Below are positions 52,655-61,999 of a stretch of DNA of 63,673 bases, in pieces. Origin of the DNA: a virus (taxonomy: Duplodnaviria; Caudoviricetes); IMG/VR virus record IMGVR_UViG_3300008261_000064, positions 1-63,673 of that record; one strand, given 5' to 3'. The notes below the pieces were generated by a model. The model was given only the letters and a program-made list of their open reading frames with translations, searched no databases and was not told the DNA's origin. Made by a program: the position numbers and the translations under genes. Every line of letters begins with the position of its first letter. The stretch's first letter is position 1.

Positions 52655-52957
52655 CTAATTGGTTTCATAAATTTCATTTGCTTTTGAATAAATACGATAA
52701 CCCTTTTCCTTAAAGTCATCGTCCGACTTGCATAGATACCAATAGTCGTGTATATGATATAGAACTGTTGTGTGTTCAGCATATCCAATAATCTTACCAA
52801 CTTCTGTCATGGTAAGTTGTCCTACATTATAAAGAACCCAACAAGCCATCTTCCTTGGCTTTGCATACTTATCATACCTGCTCTTGTTATTGTAGTAGTT
52901 GTTATCTACTCCAAATTCTTCTGCGATATAGTCAAGCACCATTTTGTGCTTCTTCAT
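52655..52957 (-). CDS. DnaA C-terminal-like HTH protein
   Basis: 'KSR...AKPRKMACW...TMTEVGKIIGYAEHTTVLY'. Confidence 0.8.
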   Translation of the reverse strand: MKKHKMVLDYIAEEFGVDNNYYNNKSRYDKYAKPRKMACWVLYNVGQLTMTEVGKIIGYAEHTTVLYHIHDYWYLCKSDDDFKEKGYRIYSKANEIYETN

Positions 52958-53628
52958 TAGTTTTTCCCCCATTGTTGTGCTATTGCGTTTGCTATTCCCT
53001 GGAATGTCTTACTTCTCAGAGTTTGTCTTTCTTGTTTTGTCTTAGCCTCTCTCAGTGCATTGTAGTACCACATTGGTTGGCTCTTCTTCTTACCATTCTT
53101 ATCTGTCCACTCAAACCTTTCACCTTTTCCTACAACATTAGTAGGCTGTAATGGTTCAAGATTCTTTAGCCATAGACAGGTAGACTTGCTAGCCTCATCA
53201 CCAAACATCCAAGGATGTATGATTTGTGTAGGCTTCATCCACATAGTACTCAACAGACCAATAGGATTCTCAATAGCAATCTTGGGTATGGGTGAATTGT
53301 ACAGCATACTTACAAAGTTTATGCTGTCTCCCATATCCCTACGTCTATTAGGATACTTAGGGTGTGGTCTTCTGTCATGAAATGGAAGCTGTCTGTCTTC
53401 GGGGTGAGATAACCACGCAACACCACTAGATGCTAGGAATGTACATGGGGGATGAGCAATCATCAAGTCCCATCCAAGATTAACTACTTCCAAAACATCA
53501 TGATGTATATGCCATTCTGGATGACCACCAGAACATGGTAATAAATCACAGCTGTAGGCTTCATGACCTAATTCTCTAAACGCTTTGCATACTGCTTGAC
53601 TTTCTTCGCAAGCTACTAGTACTCTCAT
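52957..53628 (-). CDS. Phage-type C5 DNA cytosine methyltransferase
   Basis: 'RVLVACEES', 'AHPPCT', 'IENP', 'RSKTF.GIA.AIA.QW'. Confidence 0.8.
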   Translation of the reverse strand: MRVLVACEESQAVCKAFRELGHEAYSCDLLPCSGGHPEWHIHHDVLEVVNLGWDLMIAHPPCTFLASSGVAWLSHPEDRQLPFHDRRPHPKYPNRRRDMGDSINFVSMLYNSPIPKIAIENPIGLLSTMWMKPTQIIHPWMFGDEASKSTCLWLKNLEPLQPTNVVGKGERFEWTDKNGKKKSQPMWYYNALREAKTKQERQTLRSKTFQGIANAIAQQWGKN

Positions 53629-53717
53629 AATTAACTGTTTTACAGTGTGGACAAATAGGTGTACTCTTTTTGTTTTTATAGGTAGTCTGAGTAAACATCT
53701 TCCTACAGTTTTTACAT

Positions 53718-53912
53718 TTAAGATAAAGTGCTTGTATCTTCATCTGCTCTCATTTTACGTAAGTTGTCAAGTGTTTCTTGTAACAGTAGCTCAACATCTG
53801 AGGCATTTCGACAAGCGAATACCAAGAGTGTAACAAGTTCAAGTGGAGTACCACTAATCTGACAAGCAATACCATTACTGTCAGCTTTTAACGAGAATTC
53901 TGCTTCTATCAT
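53718..53912 (-). CDS. Hypothetical protein
   Basis: 64 aa, first ORF after the non-coding segment. Confidence 0.5.
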   Translation of the reverse strand: MIEAEFSLKADSNGIACQISGTPLELVTLLVFACRNASDVELLLQETLDNLRKMRADEDTSTLS

Positions 53913-54175
53913 AATTGTTGTTTTTAAACTATTCCTGAATATAGATTTGAGAAAAGGTGGTCAGAACAGAAGTTACCCCCTTCCCCCTAAAGGTGAGTAA
54001 CCTCTGACCTATTCCGTCATATGAGTTATCGAATGAGGTAGGCTGTATAGGGATAAAGTTACATCCACGCTATACATTTAACAGTAAGACATAGGAATCT
54101 TTGGTAAGGCTATGTCCTTAAATTCCTTATACTCGGAACTTAGAGAGACAGACGACTGCTTACTAACCAATCCAA

Positions 54176-54272
54176 AACAAAAAACCCACACAGGTCGCAG
54201 CTGTATGGGTTCAATGAAAGAGGGTTCTCTTAAATCAAACCCGAATAAATACTGCGACTATCTAATCGGATT
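54176..54272 (-). ncRNA. Candidate three-hairpin kissing-loop RNA ending in a terminator
   Basis: Loops GTCGCAG and CTGCGAC are complementary; promoter TAGCTTTG at 54280-54287 (-). Confidence 0.6.
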
Positions 54273-54385
54273 GACAAGACAAAGCTAAGTACAGTTTGTT
54301 ATACTACCAAATTTATTTCGGAATTAATCCGAATTAGTGCATTAAACTACACATTTACGTACGTATTTGTGTGAAATAATACACA

Positions 54386-54658
54386 TTATTCTGTTTCATT
54401 GGATATGATATTACCGTACTGAGACGCACCCAATGGGTTTCTTTCCATGAATATCTCATAGGCTATCTTGTGCCTATTCAACTCAACTTCAAGTGGAAAC
54501 ATCTCATACTTAACAGAATCTAGCTGATATTTAACACTGTCTAGCTTCCTCTGTAGCTCATCAGACTTATCTACATAAGCCTTTATCTTATACTGAGAGT
54601 CAGCTCTAAGGTATACTTCAATAGATACAAAAAACAGAAAGATTAATACGTACTTCAT
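54386..54658 (-). CDS. Signal/TM + coiled-coil protein
   Basis: Hydrophobic N-terminus; 'LDSVKY' twice. Confidence 0.6.
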   Translation of the reverse strand: MKYVLIFLFFVSIEVYLRADSQYKIKAYVDKSDELQRKLDSVKYQLDSVKYEMFPLEVELNRHKIAYEIFMERNPLGASQYGNIISNETE

Positions 54659-54943
54659 GTTATATCATTTTTATCTTCAGGATTAAGAAAATCTTCCCCT
54701 TTATAGTCGGGGAAGTTATCATTCATATAGGCAATACCATTTACCCATATAATTGAGATTACGATTGAAATAATTATAATTATACCCATAATCATATATG
54801 ATGTGTTTTAAAATTGGCTGTTCTGGTACAGCTAAACCTCCCTGCTGTCTTTATTGGTTATGAAAACTCACCGCACACCGAAACCAAATGTCAAGACAGC
54901 TATGTCTTCCCAACCCCGAGACAAGGGTACAAGGGATTTAATA

Positions 54944-55576
54944 TCAGTGTGCTGTAATGCCTAGACTACGGAACATAAACTTAACCTTAGTCTTAATATA
55001 TTCAATCTCATTGTCATTGTGTAGGGTATAGTCAAACTTATAGTCATCTAACGCTACCTCAGATACGTGTGCATTGACAGGCTTAGTTAATGGTCTCTTG
55101 ACCCTTATTACAAACCCACCGCATCTCTTGATTTGGTCAGCCTCATTAGGAAACCTACAGTCCGTGATTACCCAATTGGTAACACACTTGTCAAGTAATG
55201 TGTTCGTTTTACACGACATACATATAGACGTATCAGATTCATTGTTACATGTGGAACATACCTTCTTGAATTCCATGGACCTATTGTATTCGGATATGAG
55301 TGCGTTTACCCATGCATCTTGATGTAGGTTATCTCTAATGGCATCAGTGCCTAATTTCTGAAGGAAATCTCTTACCGTCATATCATACCCCTCAAGAGTC
55401 ATCTGCTTCACCAATTGGTCTTCAAATGCCTCTACAGGAAGCCCTGTTAACATACTTGCCATCTCCTTCAACTTGCCTGAGAACTTCTTTACTTGCCATC
55501 CAGGGAACAGCTCACATATAGTATTCCCTATCTCATCCTTACCCGAACCTGCGTAGCCTGACAATGCAATAATCAT
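54944..55576 (-). CDS. Deoxynucleoside monophosphate kinase (T4 gp1-like) with Zn-ribbon insert
   Basis: 'LSGYAGSGKD', 'RDFLQKLGTD', 'VITDCRFPNE', 'HVSE'. Confidence 0.88.
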   Translation of the reverse strand: MIIALSGYAGSGKDEIGNTICELFPGWQVKKFSGKLKEMASMLTGLPVEAFEDQLVKQMTLEGYDMTVRDFLQKLGTDAIRDNLHQDAWVNALISEYNRSMEFKKVCSTCNNESDTSICMSCKTNTLLDKCVTNWVITDCRFPNEADQIKRCGGFVIRVKRPLTKPVNAHVSEVALDDYKFDYTLHNDNEIEYIKTKVKFMFRSLGITAH

Positions 55577-55995
55577 AGAATTTTAATTTGTTTGTCTAAA
55601 CCTAATTGCTTAATCTCTCTTTCGTATATTGATATGATTCCCTCATAGACCTCCGGATATACATCCCTCCACCCTTGACATGACCGTCTGTTGGAGTGTA
55701 GGCTTGTGTGGTCCTTGTACCCAAACATCTTGAATATCTTTACAGATGTAAGAGACTCTCTCTCCATTAGAAAATACTGAAGCCATATCTTTTCAATACT
55801 ATTCCCCGTTCTGTTACTCTTAAATAATCTATCCTTACTACACTGAAAGTATTCTGATACAGCTGTAGCCCATATGTCAACCACTTGGCTTTCTCGCGTT
55901 ATAGGCTCGTTTACAAACCTTGCGACTTTTATTTCTGTGCCATAGGTATTTGATATGTACTCGCAGAACTTATTGATGTCGTCAATCATAGCCAT
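55573..55995 (-). CDS. Second DnaA C-terminal-like HTH protein
   Basis: 'AVSEYF...LFKSNR...MFGYKDHTSLH'. Confidence 0.6.
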   Translation of the reverse strand: MAMIDDINKFCEYISNTYGTEIKVARFVNEPITRESQVVDIWATAVSEYFQCSKDRLFKSNRTGNSIEKIWLQYFLMERESLTSVKIFKMFGYKDHTSLHSNRRSCQGWRDVYPEVYEGIISIYEREIKQLGLDKQIKIL

Positions 55996-56377
55996 GTCTT
56001 TCTCTTTTATATTCTCTTAATATATCTGAAGCTATTTGGTCTATATCTTTGTCTGAATCCCACCCTTTAGTTGACAATAGCATATCAACTATAACTGCCC
56101 TCATTTCTTCAGACAATTGCATATACTTGTCCCTTGATTTGTTTACCTTTCTAAAGGTAATCAATAACTCATCTAACCTTCTCTCAAGGGTGTCTCGCTC
56201 AATTCTGAGCATATTCTCACTTGTACTCATAATATTTGGAAATATCCATACCCCTGGATGTCCGCAATCTTTGTTGAATTCAACATATAGATGGACACTC
56301 TGCCATACTTTGTTACTTCTGTAGCCTTGTGAACAGCTGCCTCCGGAATGCGTTTCCAATCCAATACAGCTATGCAT
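55982..56377 (-). CDS. Hypothetical coiled-coil protein (true start probably internal, MSTSEN)
   Basis: Only the C-terminal half looks coding. Confidence 0.45.
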   Translation of the reverse strand: MHSCIGLETHSGGSCSQGYRSNKVWQSVHLYVEFNKDCGHPGVWIFPNIMSTSENMLRIERDTLERRLDELLITFRKVNKSRDKYMQLSEEMRAVIVDMLLSTKGWDSDKDIDQIASDILREYKRERHGYD

Positions 56378-56442
56378 TGTGCGTCTTCATCAAGAAACAA
56401 AAGTATCTCGCACGCTATCTTTAACCTATGTAGTTTTTTCAT
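56227..56442 (-). CDS. Hypothetical protein
   Basis: 71-aa ORF. Confidence 0.5.
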   Translation of the reverse strand: MKKLHRLKIACEILLFLDEDAQCIAVLDWKRIPEAAVHKATEVTKYGRVSIYMLNSTKIADIQGYGYFQIL

Positions 56443-56615
56443 CTATTATCTTTTCTACTTGCTGTACAGCTGCGTTATAACCTGCGAAGAAGCATAGCCT
56501 AACAAGAGAGAGTGGTACCCCCTCTATGTTTATTGTGGGATGGGCTGTTAGGAAATCGAGGAAGTCATCCTCTTGTAATTGATTGAAGTCCATGGCTGAT
56601 TGATTTTTTACAAAG

Positions 56616-56807
56616 TTAAATAAATCTAATTACAGAATTGACAAAATCAAAATCATCTTGATTTATTGCATTCTCAAAACCACGCAACGAGTACACAGTA
56701 CCCTCAAACTCTGCATAATTCATGAAGTCTTGGTCTGTAATATCTTGATAGCTAAGGCCGTCAGGGATAGTATCAACACTAATACTATAAACTTTAAGCT
56801 CATTCAT
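56616..56807 (-). CDS. Small phage protein
   Basis: 'AEFEGTVYSLRGFENAIN'. Confidence 0.6.
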   Translation of the reverse strand: MNELKVYSISVDTIPDGLSYQDITDQDFMNYAEFEGTVYSLRGFENAINQDDFDFVNSVIRFI

Positions 56808-57415
56808 ACTAAAGGGTTTATTCTGTTTGGATAAAAATCTTCATCTAATGCCTTGTCTGTGGTCTTCCATCTATCAATAGATGAATCCCATTGAACTTTA
56901 TTGCCATTATCATCTTGGTACTCAACATCAGCTTCCTGGTCTGCCATCTCTCCGTCTATACCTACAGCCATACCGCAATAGTTATCACCCTCATCAATGT
57001 AGTCCATACGGAAGTGTAATTTAGGAAACATTTGTATAGCTTTCTCAAGCCATCCAATGGGAGGCGACCAAGCACTATTAAATGTACACTCAATATTATC
57101 TGATTCATCAATATAAAGATTGAAGTCATATACATCCCACTTAGTCCTCCAATTGGCTATTCTCCAATCATACCAATTGTCAAACCCATACTCTTTCTTA
57201 TACTGCTTCATCCTACTCTTGTACTGCTCATCTGATTCTCCATCCCTTTTTGGTAATGGGGCAGTTTCAGCATTCAACTGAGGTGGCATTGGGTATATGA
57301 GGTCATACGTTGCCGACTCTCTTCCATCTTTTTCAATTACAAATAACTTTCTAAAGGCTTGCACATCTTGTGCATCTCCGAATACATTAAGGTTGTTGTC
57401 TACGTGATTTGGCAT
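56804..57415 (-). CDS. DUF1281/YubB ferredoxin-like domain protein
   Basis: 'MPNHVDN', 'WYDWRIANWRTKWD', 'FNSAWSPP'. Confidence 0.8.
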   Translation of the reverse strand: MPNHVDNNLNVFGDAQDVQAFRKLFVIEKDGRESATYDLIYPMPPQLNAETAPLPKRDGESDEQYKSRMKQYKKEYGFDNWYDWRIANWRTKWDVYDFNLYIDESDNIECTFNSAWSPPIGWLEKAIQMFPKLHFRMDYIDEGDNYCGMAVGIDGEMADQEADVEYQDDNGNKVQWDSSIDRWKTTDKALDEDFYPNRINPLV

Positions 57416-57426
57416 GATGATAGTTT

Positions 57427-57690
57427 TTAAATTACGGGGATTATATAATTATTGTCGCCTTTCTTATTGTAGTGCAATGCACCGCCATCGTTACCCTCGT
57501 CATCCGCTACTGGATAGATATGTGTGCCGTCATCCAGGGTGATTACTACGGGTGTACTATACCAATCCATCTCATCACACTCTTCCTTACTTAGATAGTC
57601 AACAGCTACGATTGTTCTGCCTACTAATACGTCAGATGCTTTCTTAATCCAACGTGTTCTAATTTCTGAATCTGTCATTAATGTACTCAT
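57427..57690 (-). CDS. Conserved small phage protein
   Basis: 'LVGRTIVAV...DDEGNDGGAL'. Confidence 0.65.
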   Translation of the reverse strand: MSTLMTDSEIRTRWIKKASDVLVGRTIVAVDYLSKEECDEMDWYSTPVVITLDDGTHIYPVADDEGNDGGALHYNKKGDNNYIIPVI

Positions 57691-57694
57691 AGTT

Positions 57695-58129
57695 TTAAAT
57701 ATTACCGTTTTCTAACATTGAATAATGATTGTCGTCTGTGATGATTACGTGGTCAAGCAATTTAAGGTCAAGCAAGGCACACGCATCTTGTATCTTCTTG
57801 GTAACCCGTATATCACTATCTGATGGCTTGAGATTACCCGATGGGTGGTTGTGGGTAAGGATGATTGATGATGCTGCACATTGTAGTGCTATAGTCAGCA
57901 CAACCTTTGGGTCGCATACAGTACCCGAAAACCCACCCGATGAAACCTTGTGGTATCCTATAACCACATTGGCTCTGTTGAGGCAGATGACCAACATCTC
58001 CTCTGTCCAATTCATTGTGTCAGCCGAGAAGATACTCCTACATACTTTAGCCACGTCATCTGAACTAGTGATGGTGTGCTGTTCACCCTTGCTAACTGAT
58101 ACTTTAATCTTAATCTTTGGTAGCTTCAT
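57695..58129 (-). CDS. radC: RadC-like JAB-domain protein
   Basis: 'EE....LNRAN', 'HNHPSGNLKPSDSD', 'LLDHVII'. Confidence 0.9.
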   Translation of the reverse strand: MKLPKIKIKVSVSKGEQHTITSSDDVAKVCRSIFSADTMNWTEEMLVICLNRANVVIGYHKVSSGGFSGTVCDPKVVLTIALQCAASSIILTHNHPSGNLKPSDSDIRVTKKIQDACALLDLKLLDHVIITDDNHYSMLENGNI

Positions 58130-58296
58130 GTTTCAAATTTTAGTTATTTAATTCGTTATATTCGTTCTTGTAATACTCGGCTGCCTCTATAATCCTAAGA
58201 ATGATTTCCTCATCTGTGTAGTATACTACCTCAGATGAATCATACTCGTCAGACAACAGCTCTTCTAATGTTTCTACTAGGAATCTTCTATTCATG

Positions 58297-58548
58297 TTAT
58301 GGGGTTTTAAAATATGGTTTATACCTTGTTATTTTATATGCACTCTTGATACCTTTGTTTGCTATCTCTTCCCAAAACTCATGTCCTTCTATAGTACGAG
58401 ACCAACACATAGTTTCATTTATTGCATCAAAAAACTTATGATACTTTTTGAACATATAGTCTGCTCCATTCTTTTGAACTACATTTTTTAAGTACCTAAT
58501 GCGTAAACCTCTTGGCATTCTGTCTGAGAATTCTAATACTGTCTTCAT
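58297..58548 (-). CDS. Hypothetical protein
   Basis: 'WSRTIEGHEFW' motif. Confidence 0.6.
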   Translation of the reverse strand: MKTVLEFSDRMPRGLRIRYLKNVVQKNGADYMFKKYHKFFDAINETMCWSRTIEGHEFWEEIANKGIKSAYKITRYKPYFKTP

Positions 58549-58549
58549 G

Positions 58550-59557
58550 TTATATTATTTTTGGGTCATGGTATGCTGAACACTTACTACAAAGTCCATC
58601 GCCGTTAATCTTATCCTTATTAAATACTTCGTAACAATCCCAACAAGCTTTCCATTGGCTGTCTGTTATTGTGTACTTGCCATCCTTGTATTCCCAATCT
58701 GACCAATCGGGATAGTGCCAATCAAGTGACTCATCCTTCTTGCTATCCTTCTTGTATGATACACCATTACCACCATCTTTCCACCATGAATCATACCTAT
58801 GTTTTTCGTGAGTACACTCATACACATTGGTACACTTTGTCATAATCTCATACACCATACGTCTACAATTCTCTACATCACTTAGGCATATCATCTCCTC
58901 ATCTGTATGGGGATTGTAATAACCGCAGGACATATTGGCTACACACACACCTATACCATTGTCAGCAAGTTGGTACACATCTGTAAGACCACCGGTATTC
59001 TCGCTGTATCCGTGTGCTGCAATGATTGGTGCGATGTCATTGCTGAACTGCTCGGTATATAGGGATGTACCCATGATGTTGTATACGAAGTCGTTGTTAC
59101 CCTTGCGGTCACACTGAAGGGCAAACCTAACATCCTGGAAGAAGTCCATATTAGCTTGTGAACTACCTAAACATCCTACCTCCTCGTCTACAAAGAAGGC
59201 AGCCTTGCAATAGTCAAGGTCACGCATCATCTGTAGTGCAATGTAGATGCCTACCTTGTCATCACCACCAACACCTGTCATCTCTTTCTTTGTGGGATTG
59301 TAGGCAAAGGCATAGTCATCATCACTGATAACCACGTACTGATTGTCGGGTACAATCTTGTGTACAGTATCAAGGTGTGCCACGATACAAGGATATGTAT
59401 CTGACTCACCCTTGACTGCATAGATATTGCCTGCTGCATCGTAGTCAATCCAACACCCCAACTCAAACAGCTTCTCTAGAACGAAGTCAATCATCTTGTC
59501 ACATTCATAAGTGTGTGACTGCACCTTCAGTGTCTCTAACAACAGTGGATTTATCAT
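58550..59557 (-). CDS. M20/M28-clan zinc peptidase
   Basis: 'AHLDTVH', 'GGDDKVG', 'DEEVG', 'GYYNPHT'. Confidence 0.85.
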   Translation of the reverse strand: MINPLLLETLKVQSHTYECDKMIDFVLEKLFELGCWIDYDAAGNIYAVKGESDTYPCIVAHLDTVHKIVPDNQYVVISDDDYAFAYNPTKKEMTGVGGDDKVGIYIALQMMRDLDYCKAAFFVDEEVGCLGSSQANMDFFQDVRFALQCDRKGNNDFVYNIMGTSLYTEQFSNDIAPIIAAHGYSENTGGLTDVYQLADNGIGVCVANMSCGYYNPHTDEEMICLSDVENCRRMVYEIMTKCTNVYECTHEKHRYDSWWKDGGNGVSYKKDSKKDESLDWHYPDWSDWEYKDGKYTITDSQWKACWDCYEVFNKDKINGDGLCSKCSAYHDPKII

Positions 59558-60870
59558 GCTTCTTGATTTTGATTGTTACCTTTTCTTACCCATTCCCCAT
59601 CAACTTCCTCGCAGTCGCACTCTAACATCCAACCTTCGGATGTTTCAACTGCGTCCTCCATCCACACCCAATTGCCGTCAACAGTTTGTACTGCATCATC
59701 GGCAGGTATTGCATCACCATCCTCGTCAAACCTTATGTCATCAATGTGGTAGTAGTCTCCCGTCTGGTGTACAAAAACAATCTCATCACTATCTAACATA
59801 TAGAATTCGCCATTCACGTATGTGCAATGCTCTGTGTACACTTGGCTGTTAACACTCTGTACGTAGTGTGTATCACATTCGGTGTATCCGCTGTACCATG
59901 AACCCCTAAACCTATAGTCAATGTATGTGGAATCATCTTCAACTATATCATTACCCGTTATGACATCCTCCACAAGGTTGTTATGGTCATCATATGAGCC
60001 ATCGGTATTGCGAAGCTCACGATATGGTCCATCGGGTTGTTCGTTAGATAGGTTGCCATCCTCATCAAGGTACATCATGGTGTCCATATATGGGTATTCA
60101 CTGAAGTCCCAATTAGCAAGGCTTATAAAAGCATTGTAGTCATATACCTTCTCATCTCCAATCATATCAAAAGCATGATGATGACATGACTGATTACTCT
60201 TGTATCTTATGCCATTTTCTTTTGCAAACTTGATGAACATTGGTCGCACATCATCCTTGGCATAGATGGTATCCATACACAATCCAAGGTTATCTGTGTC
60301 CCATATCAATGCCCTGCCAAGTACCCTATGATTGGCATCTAGGGCTACAGCCATCTTAACCTTGTATGGGTTATCGCTATATATTCTGAATAGTGATGAG
60401 TGCTTGTCCTTCATGCAGCTACCCGTTAGGTTGCCGCCTGCATACTCAGAGTAGTTGTTCTCGTTGTAGTACCATGTAATGAACTCGCCATTACATACCC
60501 ACAAGGATACCTTCTCGCTGTCACCATTCTCACCATCACCATTAGCCATGACATAGGATGCAACAGCATTGCTGAACTTCTCAAGCTTGGCATCGTTGAG
60601 TTCGTAGTCATCCCATATACACGCAGGAATAATCTTGCGTACAATACGGGCAGGTTTACCCTCTTGTCTACCCTCTCTACGCCATCTGCCATCATCATTG
60701 GTTAGATGTTCCCTACCTGCGGGTAGATAGGAAATCATCGTGCCTCGCATTGTGATGTAGTCCAACTCTTCTGTGTGTAGCTCACTCTTGTGATTGTAGA
60801 GTGCATTGCATACGTTGCAGTCGCTACGAAGTTCTGCAAGCATCTTGCTGAAACTGTTAGAGAATACCAT
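59554..60870 (-). CDS. Conserved early protein ('SCM...GRALIW...YPYMDT') with acidic repeat tail
   Basis: Motifs visible in the translation; translationally coupled to the peptidase. Confidence 0.6.
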   Translation of the reverse strand: MVFSNSFSKMLAELRSDCNVCNALYNHKSELHTEELDYITMRGTMISYLPAGREHLTNDDGRWRREGRQEGKPARIVRKIIPACIWDDYELNDAKLEKFSNAVASYVMANGDGENGDSEKVSLWVCNGEFITWYYNENNYSEYAGGNLTGSCMKDKHSSLFRIYSDNPYKVKMAVALDANHRVLGRALIWDTDNLGLCMDTIYAKDDVRPMFIKFAKENGIRYKSNQSCHHHAFDMIGDEKVYDYNAFISLANWDFSEYPYMDTMMYLDEDGNLSNEQPDGPYRELRNTDGSYDDHNNLVEDVITGNDIVEDDSTYIDYRFRGSWYSGYTECDTHYVQSVNSQVYTEHCTYVNGEFYMLDSDEIVFVHQTGDYYHIDDIRFDEDGDAIPADDAVQTVDGNWVWMEDAVETSEGWMLECDCEEVDGEWVRKGNNQNQEA

Positions 60871-60888
60871 AGTTGTGTGGTTTTTGGT

Positions 60889-61119
60889 TTATGAATTAGG
60901 TTTACGTTCTCGGATTGCTCTTTTTGTGTAGTCTTTTCTCCATTTCTCGTTTTCTTTTTCTGCCACCCGTGCCAGGGTAATGGTGGTCATAATCATAACG
61001 ATTGCATACCCAAGTAAATTAGGGTGATGCACGGAGAACATTAGCAATGGGATGATGGACACTCCGCTAACTATAACGGCGATGTCAAGTGTTTCGTCTT
61101 TCTTTCTCATGTTTACCAT
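60889..61119 (-). CDS. Small two-TM protein
   Basis: Two hydrophobic stretches and a basic tail. Confidence 0.55.
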   Translation of the reverse strand: MVNMRKKDETLDIAVIVSGVSIIPLLMFSVHHPNLLGYAIVMIMTTITLARVAEKENEKWRKDYTKRAIRERKPNS

Positions 61120-61301
61120 GTTATGCCTAGTGCTGCCTTGCCTAAGCGGGTGATTGAATGGTGGTGATTGGTCATACCTGCAATGATGTACGTTAACTGA
61201 ATGGCAAGCGCCAAGAACAGCAAGCTCATAACTACCTTCGCAATGATTGTTTCTGCTTTTTTCATGTTTGTAAATTTACAATTTAAACTGTTAATGAATA
61301 C

Positions 61302-61571
61302 TTATTTCCATTGTCTTACTACGCTTATCCACTCTGCTACTTCATCTGCACTGCACCATCCTAACACTGTGTCCATGCCAAAATCATACAGTTCGCCATT
61401 CTTACCCTTCCATATTGCTATCTCGGCATTTTCACAATCGTAGATAGGCGCGTTGTTCTCGTTGCCCTTCATACGTTTATTGCAGTAATCGCCTTTCCCG
61501 AATTGGACAGATATAGTCCATTCGTTTTTGAATGTCATTTGGAATCCACTTCCTTTAGTAATTGTAATCAT
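61302..61571 (-). CDS. Conserved small phage protein
   Basis: 'GFQMTFKNEWTISVQFG...AEIA...VLGW'. Confidence 0.65.
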   Translation of the reverse strand: MITITKGSGFQMTFKNEWTISVQFGKGDYCNKRMKGNENNAPIYDCENAEIAIWKGKNGELYDFGMDTVLGWCSADEVAEWISVVRQWK

Positions 61572-61713
61572 ACAACTTTTTATTTAGTCCAATAATCAAT
61601 TTTGTGTTTTGCATGGGAAAGGGAATCAAAGCGGACAGATTGCCCACCTTCAAACAGCTCCCACCATCCATTATCCCTCTCGTAGATAATGAATCCTTTG
61701 TAGTAGACCTGCT

Positions 61714-61902
61714 TCATTTTGTCCCGAATTTGTCCGCACTCTTGACAGATAACTTGAGTTTGAACAGGTTGAATTGAGTTACTGCTTCCTCTTTACCATA
61801 ATAGGCTACGAACTTCTGAAATAAAACCTTGTCTTGGTTGATAGTTGCCTTGATGCGTCTGTGCCTACGGCTGTAGCACAATGTTCCGTTTTTGTTTGTC
61901 AT
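61714..61902 (-). CDS. Small basic protein
   Basis: 62 aa with A-rich start. Confidence 0.5.
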   Translation of the reverse strand: MTNKNGTLCYSRRHRRIKATINQDKVLFQKFVAYYGKEEAVTQFNLFKLKLSVKSADKFGTK

Positions 61903-61943
61903 AATTGTTTTTGTTCAGTTTACGCTGTCCCCCGTTCTTGGTT

Positions 61944-61999
61944 TATGAAATAGGCATAGGGAGGGGAGTCGAACCCCTCCAATAATACCCACGCTATGC
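61944..61999 (-). ncRNA. Mini tRNA-like element B (acceptor stem + T-arm, no anticodon arm)
   Basis: GCATAG-CGTGGGTATTATT-GGAGGGG-TTCGACT-CCCCTCC-CTATGC-CTATTTCATA. Confidence 0.65.
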
